A DNA stretch of 64,000 nucleotides from Armatimonadota bacterium (GTDB taxonomy: Bacteria; Armatimonadota; UBA10988), in the NCBI GenBank assembly GCA_016235455.1, contig JACRKZ010000017.1, positions 1-64,000 on the forward strand, written 5' to 3'. The position numbers and the translations under genes are program-made. Shown here in pieces: positions 1-8,939 of this stretch. The stretch's first letter is position 1. Every line of letters begins with the position of its first letter. Below the pieces are notes generated by a model that made no database searches, was not told the DNA's origin, and saw nothing but the letters and a program-made list of their open reading frames with translations.

Positions 1-137
1 GGCACGAACTTGCTCCAGCCCTTGGTCGCCTGCAGTCGGGTGATCGCGGCGGTCAGGGTGGTCTTGCCATGGTCCACGTGACCAATCGTGCCCACGTTCA
101 CGTGCGGCTTGGTGCGCTCGAACTTCTGACGTGCCAT
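1..137 (-). CDS. tuf: Elongation factor Tu, N-terminal part (runs off window)
   Basis: Reverse strand reads [33 protein letters not shown]; lies downstream of Thr/Tyr/Thr tRNAs. Confidence 0.98.
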   Translation of the reverse strand, partial: MARQKFERTKPHVNVGTIGHVDHGKTTLTAAITRLQATKGWSKFV

Positions 138-171
138 CGTACCTGGCTCCTTAGCAGCTTCTCTTTGTCTA

Positions 172-244
172 AGCCTTCAAACGGACTCGAACCGTTGACC
201 CCCTCCTTACCATGGAGGTGCTCTACCAACTGAGCTATGAAGGC
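172..244 (-). tRNA. tRNA-Thr(GGT)
   Basis: GCCTTCATAGCTCAGTTGGTAGAGC...CCTCC-AT-GGT-AA-GGAGG...GGTTCGAGTCC cloverleaf; no encoded CCA. Confidence 0.96.
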
Positions 245-343
245 GCTTGCCCCATCAGTATCGCCGACCTCGCCGTCATTCGACGCCGGAAGCCAGAGCT
301 TCCCGCCGCCTGGTTGGCGGCGCGTCGCAGACGATACTGAGAG

Positions 344-426
344 TGGAGGGGGGAGGGTTCGAACCTCCGTAGGCTTCCACCGGCAGATTTACAGTCTGCT
401 CCCATTAACCACTCGGGCACCCCTCC
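344..426 (-). tRNA. tRNA-Tyr(GTA)
   Basis: GGAGGGGTGCCCGAGTGGTTAATGGG...GCAGA-CT-GTA-AA-TCTGC, long variable arm, GGTTCGAACC. Confidence 0.96.
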
Positions 427-441
427 AGTATTTGGTTGTCA

Positions 442-513
442 AGCCTGGGATGGGAGTCGAACCCATAACCTGCGGTTTACAAGACCGCTGCTCTGCCGTT
501 GAGCCACCCAGGC
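442..513 (-). tRNA. tRNA-Thr(TGT)
   Basis: GCCTGGGTGGCTCAACGGCAGAGC...GCGGT-CT-TGT-AA-ACCGC...GGTTCGACTCC. Confidence 0.95.
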
Positions 514-548
514 GCTCAGGACTGGGGGATCGTAGCGAGGCAACCGGC

Positions 549-577
549 ATTGTAGCCAGCCACGCGGTTACCGTCAA
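549..577 (-). promoter_or_regulatory. sigma70-type promoter of the tRNA-tuf unit
   Basis: TTGACG-17 nt-TACAAT on minus strand just upstream of tRNA-Thr(TGT). Confidence 0.75.
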
Positions 578-680
578 GATCCTTGTCCATCCCAGTGCCA
601 GCAGGCCGGCCCAACTCTGGCCCGCGGCTCGCGCGCGCGTATGCGCTGAATATGGTCAGGACCGGCTTTGCGGGACGGGC

Positions 681-709
681 TTGACGCTAACCGGCGGCCA
701 TGCTACATT
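681..709 (+). promoter_or_regulatory. sigma70-type promoter of tRNA-Gln/Glu
   Basis: TTGACG-17 nt-TACATT with extended TGn. Confidence 0.75.
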
Positions 710-724
710 CTGCGGTGCGTTAGT

Positions 725-795
725 TGGGGAGTCGTCTAACGGCAGGACAGCGGCCTCTGGAGCCGTACGTGGGGGTTCGAATCCTCCCTCCCCAA
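725..795 (+). tRNA. tRNA-Gln(CTG)
   Basis: TGGGGAGTCGTCTAACGGCAGGAC...GCGGC-CT-CTG-GA-GCCGT...GGTTCGAATCC. Confidence 0.95.
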
Positions 796-799
796 CTTT

Positions 800-872
800 G
801 GCCCCATCGTCTAGTGGCCTAGGACGCGGGATTCTCGATCCTGAAACAGGGGTTCGACTCCCCTTGGGGCTA
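800..872 (+). tRNA. tRNA-Glu(CTC)
   Basis: GGCCCCATCGTCTAGTGGCCTAGGAC...CGGGA-TT-CTC-GA-TCCTG...GGTTCGACTCC. Confidence 0.95.
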
Positions 873-874
873 TG

Positions 875-908
875 ACCCTCCGGACTACCATCCGGAGGGT
901 TAGCTTTT
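875..908 (+). terminator. Intrinsic terminator after tRNA-Glu
   Basis: ACCCTCCGGA-ctacca-TCCGGAGGGT 10-bp stem followed by TAGCTTTT. Confidence 0.65.
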
Positions 909-919
909 GGTGAACCGCG

Positions 920-2071
920 ATGCAGATGCGACATCTACCCCTGTCCTCTCTGCGGTTGGGCCGAGCACTTGCCGTGCTCGCGGCCATCCTCTGCGGCGTG
1001 TCCGCCGCTCAGGCCGACGTCGCCGTGCCCTTCCCCGAGTATTCGGCCCGGCGCAAAGCCACGGACATCGTGCACGAGCCGGGCTGGAACGAGGTCAAGA
1101 CCCGGCCGGACGCCTACCGTGGGCTGATCATCGGCTACTTCCTGCAGGTCGACGGCCGCATCGACTCCCCCGGCGAAGCGCGCCTCGTGTGCCACAATCG
1201 CGCCAACGAGTCGGTCACCGTGCTGTGCCCCGGCGGCTGCCGAGTCGGCGAGCCCGGTGAATGGGTCGGCGTGCTGGGCGGCATTCCTGCCGCGGGCCAA
1301 CCGACCGCCTTTGTCGCCTCCATGGTCAGCCGCATCGCGGCGCCCGGCCAGTCTTCGACGAGCAACGGCTCCGCCACCACCGGTGCCTCGGCCACGCTGC
1401 CCGACTCGCCCGCCGGCGGCGCCGGGACCCCCAGCACCCCGGCCAAGACGCTACCGAGCACGCCCGCGGGCGCCGGTCAGCCGGGCTGGGTGGAAGTTGC
1501 CGGCGCGCCGCCGACTCCCCCGCAGACCCAAGGCGCCGCGGGGGTCGGAGCCTTTGCGCCGCCGTACCAGATGGTCCATCCGCAGCACCTGGCCATCCTG
1601 GAGAACTTCATCGTCTCGTGCAACAAGCGGCTGCCGGCGGATATGCGCAAGTTCATCGCCGCCGAGATCATCCGCGTGTCGGCGCAGTTTGGCGTCCGCT
1701 GGGAGTTCTATGCGGGCATCGTCGCAGCCGAGTCGGACTTCGACCCGCGCTGCACCAGCCCCAAGGGCGCCGCGGGCCTGGCCCAGCTGATGCCCGAAGC
1801 CGGGCTGGAAGTGGGCGTGCCCGTGGATCAGCGGTACGACATCCGGCAGAACCTGACCGGCGCGCTGGCCTACATCCGCAAGCAGCTCAACAAGTTCCTC
1901 GACCGCGACCCGTCCACGCAATTGACGCTGACCCTGGCCAGCTACAACGCCGGGCCCGGCGCGGTGCGCAAGTATGGCGGCGTACCGCCCTACAACGAGA
2001 CCATTCGCTACATCGAGCGCGTCACGCGGCACTACCTGCAGCTCTGCGCCGAGTCGGCCAGGGTCCGCTGA
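920..2071 (+). CDS. Secreted lytic transglycosylase (SLT domain)
   Basis: Signal peptide, Pro/Ala linker, SLT motifs AESDFDP, SPKGAAGLAQLMP, ASYNAGPGAV, ETIRYI. Confidence 0.9.
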   Translation: MQMRHLPLSSLRLGRALAVLAAILCGVSAAQADVAVPFPEYSARRKATDIVHEPGWNEVKTRPDAYRGLIIGYFLQVDGRIDSPGEARLVCHNRANESVTVLCPGGCRVGEPGEWVGVLGGIPAAGQPTAFVASMVSRIAAPGQSSTSNGSATTGASATLPDSPAGGAGTPSTPAKTLPSTPAGAGQPGWVEVAGAPPTPPQTQGAAGVGAFAPPYQMVHPQHLAILENFIVSCNKRLPADMRKFIAAEIIRVSAQFGVRWEFYAGIVAAESDFDPRCTSPKGAAGLAQLMPEAGLEVGVPVDQRYDIRQNLTGALAYIRKQLNKFLDRDPSTQLTLTLASYNAGPGAVRKYGGVPPYNETIRYIERVTRHYLQLCAESARVR

Positions 2072-2104
2072 CAGAGCGCGACACAGCGCCTCGGAGTAGC
2101 GCCA

Positions 2105-2677
2105 GTGGGCCTGGAGACAGCGGCGTTCGGCTTCCTCAACAGCGGCTGCGCCAACTCGCTGTACGACGCTGTGCTGCCCGTGATCACCGTCGATGCGGTC
2201 AACACGTCGCTCCTGGCGGCAGTGGGCATCGCCGTGCTGCTGGTCGGCGCGGCGAGTCGGTCGCGCGCGGCCTTTGGGTTGGCGCTGCGCGTGCTGGTCA
2301 CGGCGGTGCTGGCCGTAGCGCTCGGTGAGCTGATCGCCTCGCACGGACTCAAGCCATGGGTGGGCCGGCTGCGGCCACCGCTGGTGCTGCCGCCCGACCA
2401 ACTGCGCGTGCTCGTCGGCGTGGGCCGACATGCCAGCTTCCCGTCGTCGCACGCGGTGAATACCTTCGCCGTGATGACCGCCCTGTCGCTGGGCTATCCG
2501 CGCCAGCGCGTGTGGTTTCTGGGCTATGCGGCGCTGATCGCCTTCTCGCGGGTGTATGTGGGTGTGCATTGGCCCACGGATGTACTCTTTGGCATGGTGC
2601 TGGGCATGGCGCTGGCCTGGGCGCTGTGGCGCGCCGGCGGGCAGCTGGCGGTCCGGCGGGAGATAGAGCGTGGCTGA
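2105..2677 (+). CDS. PAP2-family membrane phosphatase
   Basis: KxxxxRxRP, SFPSSH and SRVYVGVHWPTD motifs. Confidence 0.92.
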   Translation: MGLETAAFGFLNSGCANSLYDAVLPVITVDAVNTSLLAAVGIAVLLVGAASRSRAAFGLALRVLVTAVLAVALGELIASHGLKPWVGRLRPPLVLPPDQLRVLVGVGRHASFPSSHAVNTFAVMTALSLGYPRQRVWFLGYAALIAFSRVYVGVHWPTDVLFGMVLGMALAWALWRAGGQLAVRREIERG

Positions 2678-3656
2678 AGCCGAGTCGTCGCGGTCGGGCG
2701 GCGCCAAGCGTGTCTTGAGCTGGGTGGCGCGGTGCGGCATCAGTGTTGTGCTCATCGGCCTGCTGTTGCGCAAGAAGTCGGTGGCGGACGCCGTCGGGCA
2801 GTTGCAGGCCGGCGTGGTCTGGTGGGTGCTGGCCGGCGTCGTGCTGTACCTCGCTTCGCAGGCTATCAATACCCTCAAGTGGCGGGTCATCCTCGACGCC
2901 ATGGGCCATCGACTGCCCTACCCCAAGCTGCTGCGCGTGACGCTGGCCGGCATGTTCTGGAACCTCTTCCTGCCGACGGCCGTGGGTGGCGACGCCGCGC
3001 GCGTGGTGCTCATGCGGGCCTACGACGTGCCCGCCTCCACCGGCACGCTGTCGGTGCTCATGCAGCGCGTGACCGGGTTCGTGGCACTGCTGGTGATTGG
3101 CGTGGCGGGCCTGGTGTGGTCGGGCGAGCTGCACGACCCGGTGCCACGCAAGGTGCTGGTCGGCCTCAGCCTGCTGCTGGCCGTGGTGGTGGTGGCGATG
3201 GCCATCGGCCTGGCGCTCGAGGGCCGCTTCGGCCTGGCCGACCGCCTGCCGGGCTGGCTGGGCCGGCCGCTGCGACGCATCGGCGACGGCCTGCTGGCGC
3301 TCGTGCGCGCGCCACGGGCCATGCTGTGGGTGATGGTGCTGTCGTTCGTCTTCCAGCTGTGGCATGTGGGCCTGGGCTGGTTCCTGGCGCAAGCAGTGGG
3401 CTGCACGGCGTCGGCCAAGCACTACGTGTGGATGGTGCCGGTGACCTCGGTGGGTGGCATGGTGCCGGTCGGCCTGGGCGGTATCGGCTCACGCGAGCAG
3501 GTGGCCTACCTGCTGCTGACGCCCATTCTGGGCCAGGCCGGCGTGGTCTGGCAGCTCGTGTGGAACGCGGTCATGGTGCTGTCGAGCCTGTTCGGCGGCG
3601 TGGTGGCGGCAGGTGCCGGCGCGCGCGCGGCCAAACCCGCGGGTGTCGAGTCCTGA
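2670..3656 (+). CDS. Lysylphosphatidylglycerol-synthase TM / UPF0104 flippase-like membrane protein
   Basis: KW, FWNLFLPTAVGGD and PVGLGGIGSRE motifs; multiple TM helices. Confidence 0.85.
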   Translation: MAEAESSRSGGAKRVLSWVARCGISVVLIGLLLRKKSVADAVGQLQAGVVWWVLAGVVLYLASQAINTLKWRVILDAMGHRLPYPKLLRVTLAGMFWNLFLPTAVGGDAARVVLMRAYDVPASTGTLSVLMQRVTGFVALLVIGVAGLVWSGELHDPVPRKVLVGLSLLLAVVVVAMAIGLALEGRFGLADRLPGWLGRPLRRIGDGLLALVRAPRAMLWVMVLSFVFQLWHVGLGWFLAQAVGCTASAKHYVWMVPVTSVGGMVPVGLGGIGSREQVAYLLLTPILGQAGVVWQLVWNAVMVLSSLFGGVVAAGAGARAAKPAGVES

Positions 3657-3663
3657 GAGAGCC

Positions 3664-4491
3664 ATGGCGGCGCGCACATCCACAGCCACCCTCGCGGCGA
3701 TGACAGCCAGGCTGCGTCCGCTGGCCGGCCGCGTCCTGCCCGCCGTGGGCGGCGCGGTGCGCGGGTTGATCGCCTACCTGGGCGAGTTCTTCCTGCTCGG
3801 CAATACCATCGTCCTGCACGTGCTGCGGGGCGAGGTGACGCGGCGCGAGCTGTTCGAGCAGATGTGGCGCTGCGGCGTGACCGGGCTGCCCCTGGTGGCG
3901 GTGACGGTGTGCTTCAGCGGACTGGTGTTCGGCGTCTACACCGTGGCGCAGTTCAAGCAGTTCGGCGCCACGGAGTTCATTGGCGGCATCTTCGGCATCT
4001 CCATGTCGCGCGAGGTGGCCCCGGTACTGACCGCAACGGTCATGGCCGCGCGCACCGGCTCGGCCATCGCCGCCGAGATCGCCACCATGAAGATCACCGA
4101 ACAGCTCGACGCCCTACGGGCCCTGGCCACCGACCCCATCGAGTACCTGGCGGTGCCGCGCTACGTGGCCCTGGTCATCACGCTGCCGTTGCTGGCCCTG
4201 GTGGGCATGGCCACGGGCACGCTGGGCGGCGCCGCCATGGCCGCCATGCAGGGCGTGCCGCTGCGCCAATTCGCCGACTCGCTCCAGCAGATGCTGCCCA
4301 TGGACCACCTGGTCACCGGCTGTACCAAGGCCATGGTGTTCGGCGCGCTGATCGCCATCGCCAGCCTGCGGCAGGGCCTGCGCTGCGGCATGGGCTCGGC
4401 CGCGGTGGGCCGCGCCACCACGCAGGCCGTGGTGCTGTGTGTGCTATGGATCCATCTGGCCAATCTGCTCTTAGCGATTGCCGCGGGCTGA
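3664..4491 (+). CDS. mlaE: MlaE-family ABC permease
   Basis: REVAPVLTA, GSAIAAEIATMKITEQLDAL, DPIEYLAVPR, VGRATTQAVV. Confidence 0.9.
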   Translation: MAARTSTATLAAMTARLRPLAGRVLPAVGGAVRGLIAYLGEFFLLGNTIVLHVLRGEVTRRELFEQMWRCGVTGLPLVAVTVCFSGLVFGVYTVAQFKQFGATEFIGGIFGISMSREVAPVLTATVMAARTGSAIAAEIATMKITEQLDALRALATDPIEYLAVPRYVALVITLPLLALVGMATGTLGGAAMAAMQGVPLRQFADSLQQMLPMDHLVTGCTKAMVFGALIAIASLRQGLRCGMGSAAVGRATTQAVVLCVLWIHLANLLLAIAAG

Positions 4492-4583
4492 GCCGCCGGA
4501 TCTGGTATAAGCTGTTGCGGATGTAGCTGAGCCACGCGGTGGCCAGGGCTGCAAGCTGGCTGGGGCAAGAAGGAGAGAGCAAC

Positions 4584-5420
4584 ATGCTGGAACCGTGGGC
4601 CTTGGGCGTCTTCACTTCCGTCGACGCTGGGCTGGGTGCTGGTTTGGCGGCGGTCCGAGAGCTGGGTGCGCCGTCGGTGCAGTTGCATGCGCCGAGCCCC
4701 GAGAGCCGCGGCCGCGCCGCGGAGATCCGCGAGCAGTTCGCCGCGGCCGGCATCACCGTCACCGTGGTCTTCTGCGGGTTCGAGGGTGAGAGCTACGACG
4801 ACATCCCGACCGTCAAGCGCACCATCGGGCTGGTGCCCGAAGCGACCTATGCCGAGCGCCTGGCCGAGACCAAGGCGATCAGCGATTTCGCCGCGGCGCT
4901 GGGCGTCGAGGCCATCGGCATGCACATCGGCTTCGTGCCCGAAGAGGCCGATGACCCCGTGTTCGCCCGTGTCGTGGCGGCCGCGCAGGAGGTCTGCGAC
5001 TACTGCGCCGGCCACGACCAGCGCTTCCACCTGGAGACCGGCCAGGAAACCGGCCCGGCCCTGCTGAACTTCTTCCAGGCCGTCAACCGCCCGAACCTGG
5101 CCATCAACTTCGACCCGGCCAACATGATCCTCTACGGTTCGGGCGAGCCCATCGAGGCGTTGCGGCTGGTCGGCTCCTATGTGCGCAGTTGCCACTGCAA
5201 GGACGCCACCTGGTCGGACCAGCCGGGCGTCACCTGGGGCGCCGAGACCCCGCTGGGCGCGGGCGCCGTGGGCATCGAGACCTACCTGCGCACGCTGCAC
5301 GAAGCCGGCTACCACGGCCCGCTGACCATCGAACGTGAGATCAGCGGCCCCGACCAGATCCGCGATATCCGCGGCGCGGTCGACCTGCTGACCGAACTGC
5401 GGGCCAAGATCCTGGGCTAA
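4584..5420 (+). CDS. Sugar phosphate isomerase/epimerase (xylose-isomerase-like TIM barrel)
   Basis: LETGQE, NFDPAN, HCKD, LTIERE; RBS AAGGAG. Confidence 0.88.
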   Translation: MLEPWALGVFTSVDAGLGAGLAAVRELGAPSVQLHAPSPESRGRAAEIREQFAAAGITVTVVFCGFEGESYDDIPTVKRTIGLVPEATYAERLAETKAISDFAAALGVEAIGMHIGFVPEEADDPVFARVVAAAQEVCDYCAGHDQRFHLETGQETGPALLNFFQAVNRPNLAINFDPANMILYGSGEPIEALRLVGSYVRSCHCKDATWSDQPGVTWGAETPLGAGAVGIETYLRTLHEAGYHGPLTIEREISGPDQIRDIRGAVDLLTELRAKILG

Positions 5421-5445
5421 TGGCCAGCACCTGAGCCAGCGAACG

Positions 5446-5539
5446 TGGGGCGCGGGACGTAGTCGGGCGCGACCGAGGCGCGCGGGGATGCGTTCCGCGT
5501 CCCGCCTCCCACGTCTCGCGTCCCAGGCCCCACATCCCA
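5446..5539. repeat. Heptamer tandem/inverted repeat element
   Basis: Left TGGGGCG CGGGACG; right seven units CGTTCCG CGTCCCG CCTCCCA CGTCTCG CGTCCCA GGCCCCA CATCCCA. Confidence 0.7.
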
Positions 5540-5582
5540 GGTAAGTAATCGCTTACTTACCAACGCGATCCAGTGCTATAAT
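5540..5582 (+). promoter_or_regulatory. RND promoter with palindromic (probably TetR) operator
   Basis: GGTAAGTAA-tcgc-TTACTTACC perfect 9-bp inverted repeat over the -35 region; TGcTATAAT extended -10 at 5574-5582. Confidence 0.75.
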
Positions 5583-5609
5583 GGCGGCTACGGATTGCGG
5601 GGATTTGTC

Positions 5610-8600
5610 GTGCATACCTTAGCTCGTATCTGTGTGCAGCGGCCTGTGTTCGCCACGGTGCTGTCGTTGACCCTGGTGGTGGTCGGCCTGGTCGGCTACG
5701 CCGGCTTGGGCGTGGATCGCTTCCCGAAGGTCGAGTTCCCGTTCGTGGTGGTGTCCACCTCGTTGCCGGGTTCATCGCCGGAGGAGATCGAGACCGAGAT
5801 CACCGACAAGATCGAGCGCCAGGTGAACACCATTGGCGGCATCGAGAACCTGCAATCGACGTCGTCCGACGGTCTGTCGGTAGTCACCATCCAGTTTTCG
5901 CTGAGCAAGGACGCCAACGTTGCCGCGGAGGAAGTCCGGGCCAAGGTGGCGCTGGCCAAGGGCGACATTCCGCCGGACGCCAACGATCCCGTGGTGCAGA
6001 AGTTCGACATCGGCGCCACACCGGTCATCTCCTACATCATTTCCGCTCCGGGCTCCCTGCGCAACACCTACGAGTATGTGGACAAGGTGGTCCGGCGCCG
6101 CCTGGAGTCGGTCTCCGGCGCGGGCGAGGTGCAGGTCATTGGTGGCCGTGAGCGGCAGATCAATGTGTTCCTCGATCCCTACAAGCTGCGCGCCTACGGC
6201 ATCTCGCCGTCCGACGTGTCGGGTGCCCTGAACAAGCAGAACGCGCAGGTGCCGGGCGGCGTGGTGGAGCAGGGCGACAGCCAGTTGACGCTGCGCACCC
6301 GCGGTCGCGTGGCCAGCGTGGAGCAGTTTGGCGACCTGCCGGTGAAGAACACCGGTGCCATGCAGGTCTACGTGCGGGACGTGGCGCGCGTGGAGGACGG
6401 CGAGTCGCGGGCCAAGTCGTTGGCCTCGATTGGTGGCAAGGAGGCGGTGGTCCTCAACGTCATCAAGCAGTCCGACGCCAACGCCGTGGCGGTGATCAGC
6501 GCGGTCAAAGAGCGCATGGCCGCCATCACGCTGCCCCCGGGCTACAAGATCTCGATCTACCGTGACCAGTCGATCTACATCAACGCCTCGCTGCGTGCGG
6601 TGCGCGAGCACCTCATCCTGGGCGCCCTGCTGGCGGCGTTGGTGGTGTTCATCTTCCTTAACACCGCGGGCATGACCAAGGGCGCGTGGTTCGGCATCGT
6701 CGTTTGCGCCGGGTTCGTGCTGTTCATGACCGAGCGCTTCGGCATCCTTGGTGCGCTGGTCGCGGCCATCCTCATCTTCCTGTTGCTGATGTTCGTGCAA
6801 TCGGCGCGGCCGACGGTCATCGCGGCCATGGCCATCCCGACCAGCATCATCGCCACCTTCATGCTCATGAAGGTGCTCGGCTTCACGCAGAACAACGTGA
6901 CGCTGCTGGCCCTCACGCTGTCGGTGGGCGTGGTCATCGACGACGCCATCGTGGTGCTGGAGAACGTCTTCCGCGTGGTGGAGGAAGAGGGCCTGCCGCC
7001 CTATCAGGCGGCCATCAAGGCCACGCGCGAGATCGGCCTGGCGGTGCTGGCCATCACCATGTCGCTGGTCATGGTGTTCCTGCCCGTGGCCTTCATGAGC
7101 GGCATCGTCGGCCGCTTCCTCAACTCGTTCGGCATGACCATGGCCTGTGCCATCTGCGTGTCGCTGTTCGTCTCCTTCACGCTGACGCCCATGCTCTGCT
7201 CACGCTGGCTGCGCGCGACGCACGACGGTGGCGAAGACGGCGCGCACGACCAGGCCTCGGCCGGCGGCAGCGGCGGGCAGGGCTCTAAGGGCGGCTGGTT
7301 CGGTCGCGTCGAGGACGGCTACGCGCTGCTCCTGCACTGGTCCATTCGCCACTGGTACTTCATTCTGCTGGCCTGCGCGGTGACCCTGTTCAGCATCGTC
7401 CCGCTGGGTGGCATGGCCCGCAAGAACTTCCTGCCCGACGACGACGAGTCGCAGTTCCAGGTCTATGTGCGCGCGGCGGAAGGCACCAGCCTGGAGGGCA
7501 CGCGGCGCGTGCTGGAGCAGATCGCCGAACAGGCCCAGAAGCTGCCCGAGGTCCGGATGGTGGTCGTCACCGTGGGTGAGGACAACCAGCACTCGGCCAA
7601 CGTCGGCTCGGTCTTCATTCGCATGAACGAGGTGGAAGACCGCAAGGACAAGACGGTCACCCAGGAGACCACGATGACCGCGGCGCGCAAGCAGGTGCTG
7701 CCGCAGTTTGACGGACGCGGGCTGATCATGTCGGTGCAGAAGGTCGGTGGCTTCGGCGGCGGCTCCAACGCCGCCATCCAGATGGCCATCGCCGGGCCCG
7801 ACCTGACCAAGCTGACCGAGCTGTCGAGCCGCCTGGTCACCGCGGTCCGCAAGATCCCGGGCGTGGCCGACGCCGACTCCACGCTGATCGGCGGTAAGCC
7901 CGAGCTGCAGGCCACCATCGACCGCAACCGCGCCGCCAACATGGGCGTCGATGTGCAGGCCGTGGCCCAGGCGCTGCGCCTGGCCGTGGCCGGTGACGAC
8001 AAGATCACCGCCTTCGACGACCGCGGCGAGCAGTACGAGGTGCACATTCGCCTCGACGAGCAGTTCCGCCGCGACGCGATCGACCTTTCGCTGCTGAGCG
8101 TGCCCAACGAGATCGATGGGCAGCGCGGCACCGTGACGCTCGACCAGGTGGTCGTCTTCCAGCAGACCACCTCGGCGGCGAGCATCGAGCGCTACAACCG
8201 CCAGCGGCAGTTCCAGTTGCGCGTCAACCTGCTGCCCGGCACGTCCCAAGGCACGGTGTCGACCGCGATCGAGAACGAGATCAAGAAGCTGGACATGCCC
8301 GCTGGCTATGGCAAGAACGACATCGGCCAGTCGCGCGAGTTCAAGCGCACGTTCTCCAACTTCGCGACCGCCGGCCTGCTGTCGTTCATCTTCATGTACA
8401 TGGTCATCGCCGCGCAGTTCGAGTCGTTCATCCAGGCGCTGGTGATCATGTTCACCTTGCCGCTGACCTTCCCGTTCGCCGTGCTGTCCATCGTGATCAC
8501 CGGCGACTCGCTCAACATCTTCTCGATGCTGGGCATGCTGGTGCTGCTGGGCGTGGTGAAGAAGAACGCCATCCTGCAGATCGACCGCGCCAACCAGTTG

Positions 8601-8939
8601 CGCGCGGCCGGCATGGACCTGGTCTCCGCCACCGTGCAGGCCAGCCGCGACCGACTGCGCCCGATCATCATGACCACGCTGGCCTTCGTGGCCGGCATGA
8701 TCCCGCTGGTCCTCTCCCAGGGCACCGGCGCCGCGACCAACAAGAGCACCGGCGGTGTCATCGTCGGTGGTCAGATCTTCTCGCTGGCCCTGACCCTGGT
8801 TGCCGCACCGGTCCTCTATGTACTGTTCGACAGCGTGCAGGACAGCCGCTTCTGCCGCTACGTGCGTCGGCGCGTCTTCAAGTCCGAAGACGGCGCCCGC
8901 AAGGCCATGCCGGTGTGGAACGAGGATGAGGACGAATGA
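5610..8939 (+). CDS. AcrB/AcrD/AcrF-family RND efflux transporter
   Basis: RPVFATV, FPKVEFP, GVVIDDAIVVLEN, GVVKKNAIL, RLRPIIMTTLA; GTG start. Confidence 0.95.
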   Translation: MHTLARICVQRPVFATVLSLTLVVVGLVGYAGLGVDRFPKVEFPFVVVSTSLPGSSPEEIETEITDKIERQVNTIGGIENLQSTSSDGLSVVTIQFSLSKDANVAAEEVRAKVALAKGDIPPDANDPVVQKFDIGATPVISYIISAPGSLRNTYEYVDKVVRRRLESVSGAGEVQVIGGRERQINVFLDPYKLRAYGISPSDVSGALNKQNAQVPGGVVEQGDSQLTLRTRGRVASVEQFGDLPVKNTGAMQVYVRDVARVEDGESRAKSLASIGGKEAVVLNVIKQSDANAVAVISAVKERMAAITLPPGYKISIYRDQSIYINASLRAVREHLILGALLAALVVFIFLNTAGMTKGAWFGIVVCAGFVLFMTERFGILGALVAAILIFLLLMFVQSARPTVIAAMAIPTSIIATFMLMKVLGFTQNNVTLLALTLSVGVVIDDAIVVLENVFRVVEEEGLPPYQAAIKATREIGLAVLAITMSLVMVFLPVAFMSGIVGRFLNSFGMTMACAICVSLFVSFTLTPMLCSRWLRATHDGGEDGAHDQASAGGSGGQGSKGGWFGRVEDGYALLLHWSIRHWYFILLACAVTLFSIVPLGGMARKNFLPDDDESQFQVYVRAAEGTSLEGTRRVLEQIAEQAQKLPEVRMVVVTVGEDNQHSANVGSVFIRMNEVEDRKDKTVTQETTMTAARKQVLPQFDGRGLIMSVQKVGGFGGGSNAAIQMAIAGPDLTKLTELSSRLVTAVRKIPGVADADSTLIGGKPELQATIDRNRAANMGVDVQAVAQALRLAVAGDDKITAFDDRGEQYEVHIRLDEQFRRDAIDLSLLSVPNEIDGQRGTVTLDQVVVFQQTTSAASIERYNRQRQFQLRVNLLPGTSQGTVSTAIENEIKKLDMPAGYGKNDIGQSREFKRTFSNFATAGLLSFIFMYMVIAAQFESFIQALVIMFTLPLTFPFAVLSIVITGDSLNIFSMLGMLVLLGVVKKNAILQIDRANQLRAAGMDLVSATVQASRDRLRPIIMTTLAFVAGMIPLVLSQGTGAATNKSTGGVIVGGQIFSLALTLVAAPVLYVLFDSVQDSRFCRYVRRRVFKSEDGARKAMPVWNEDEDE

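Noticed and set aside
172-908. tRNA cluster as an integration site
   Set aside because: No integrase and no duplicated tRNA 3' end seen in the window.
237-934. ORFs 235-420, 237-875, 389-577 and 656-934
   Set aside because: They overlap five clear tRNA genes and are shadow ORFs.
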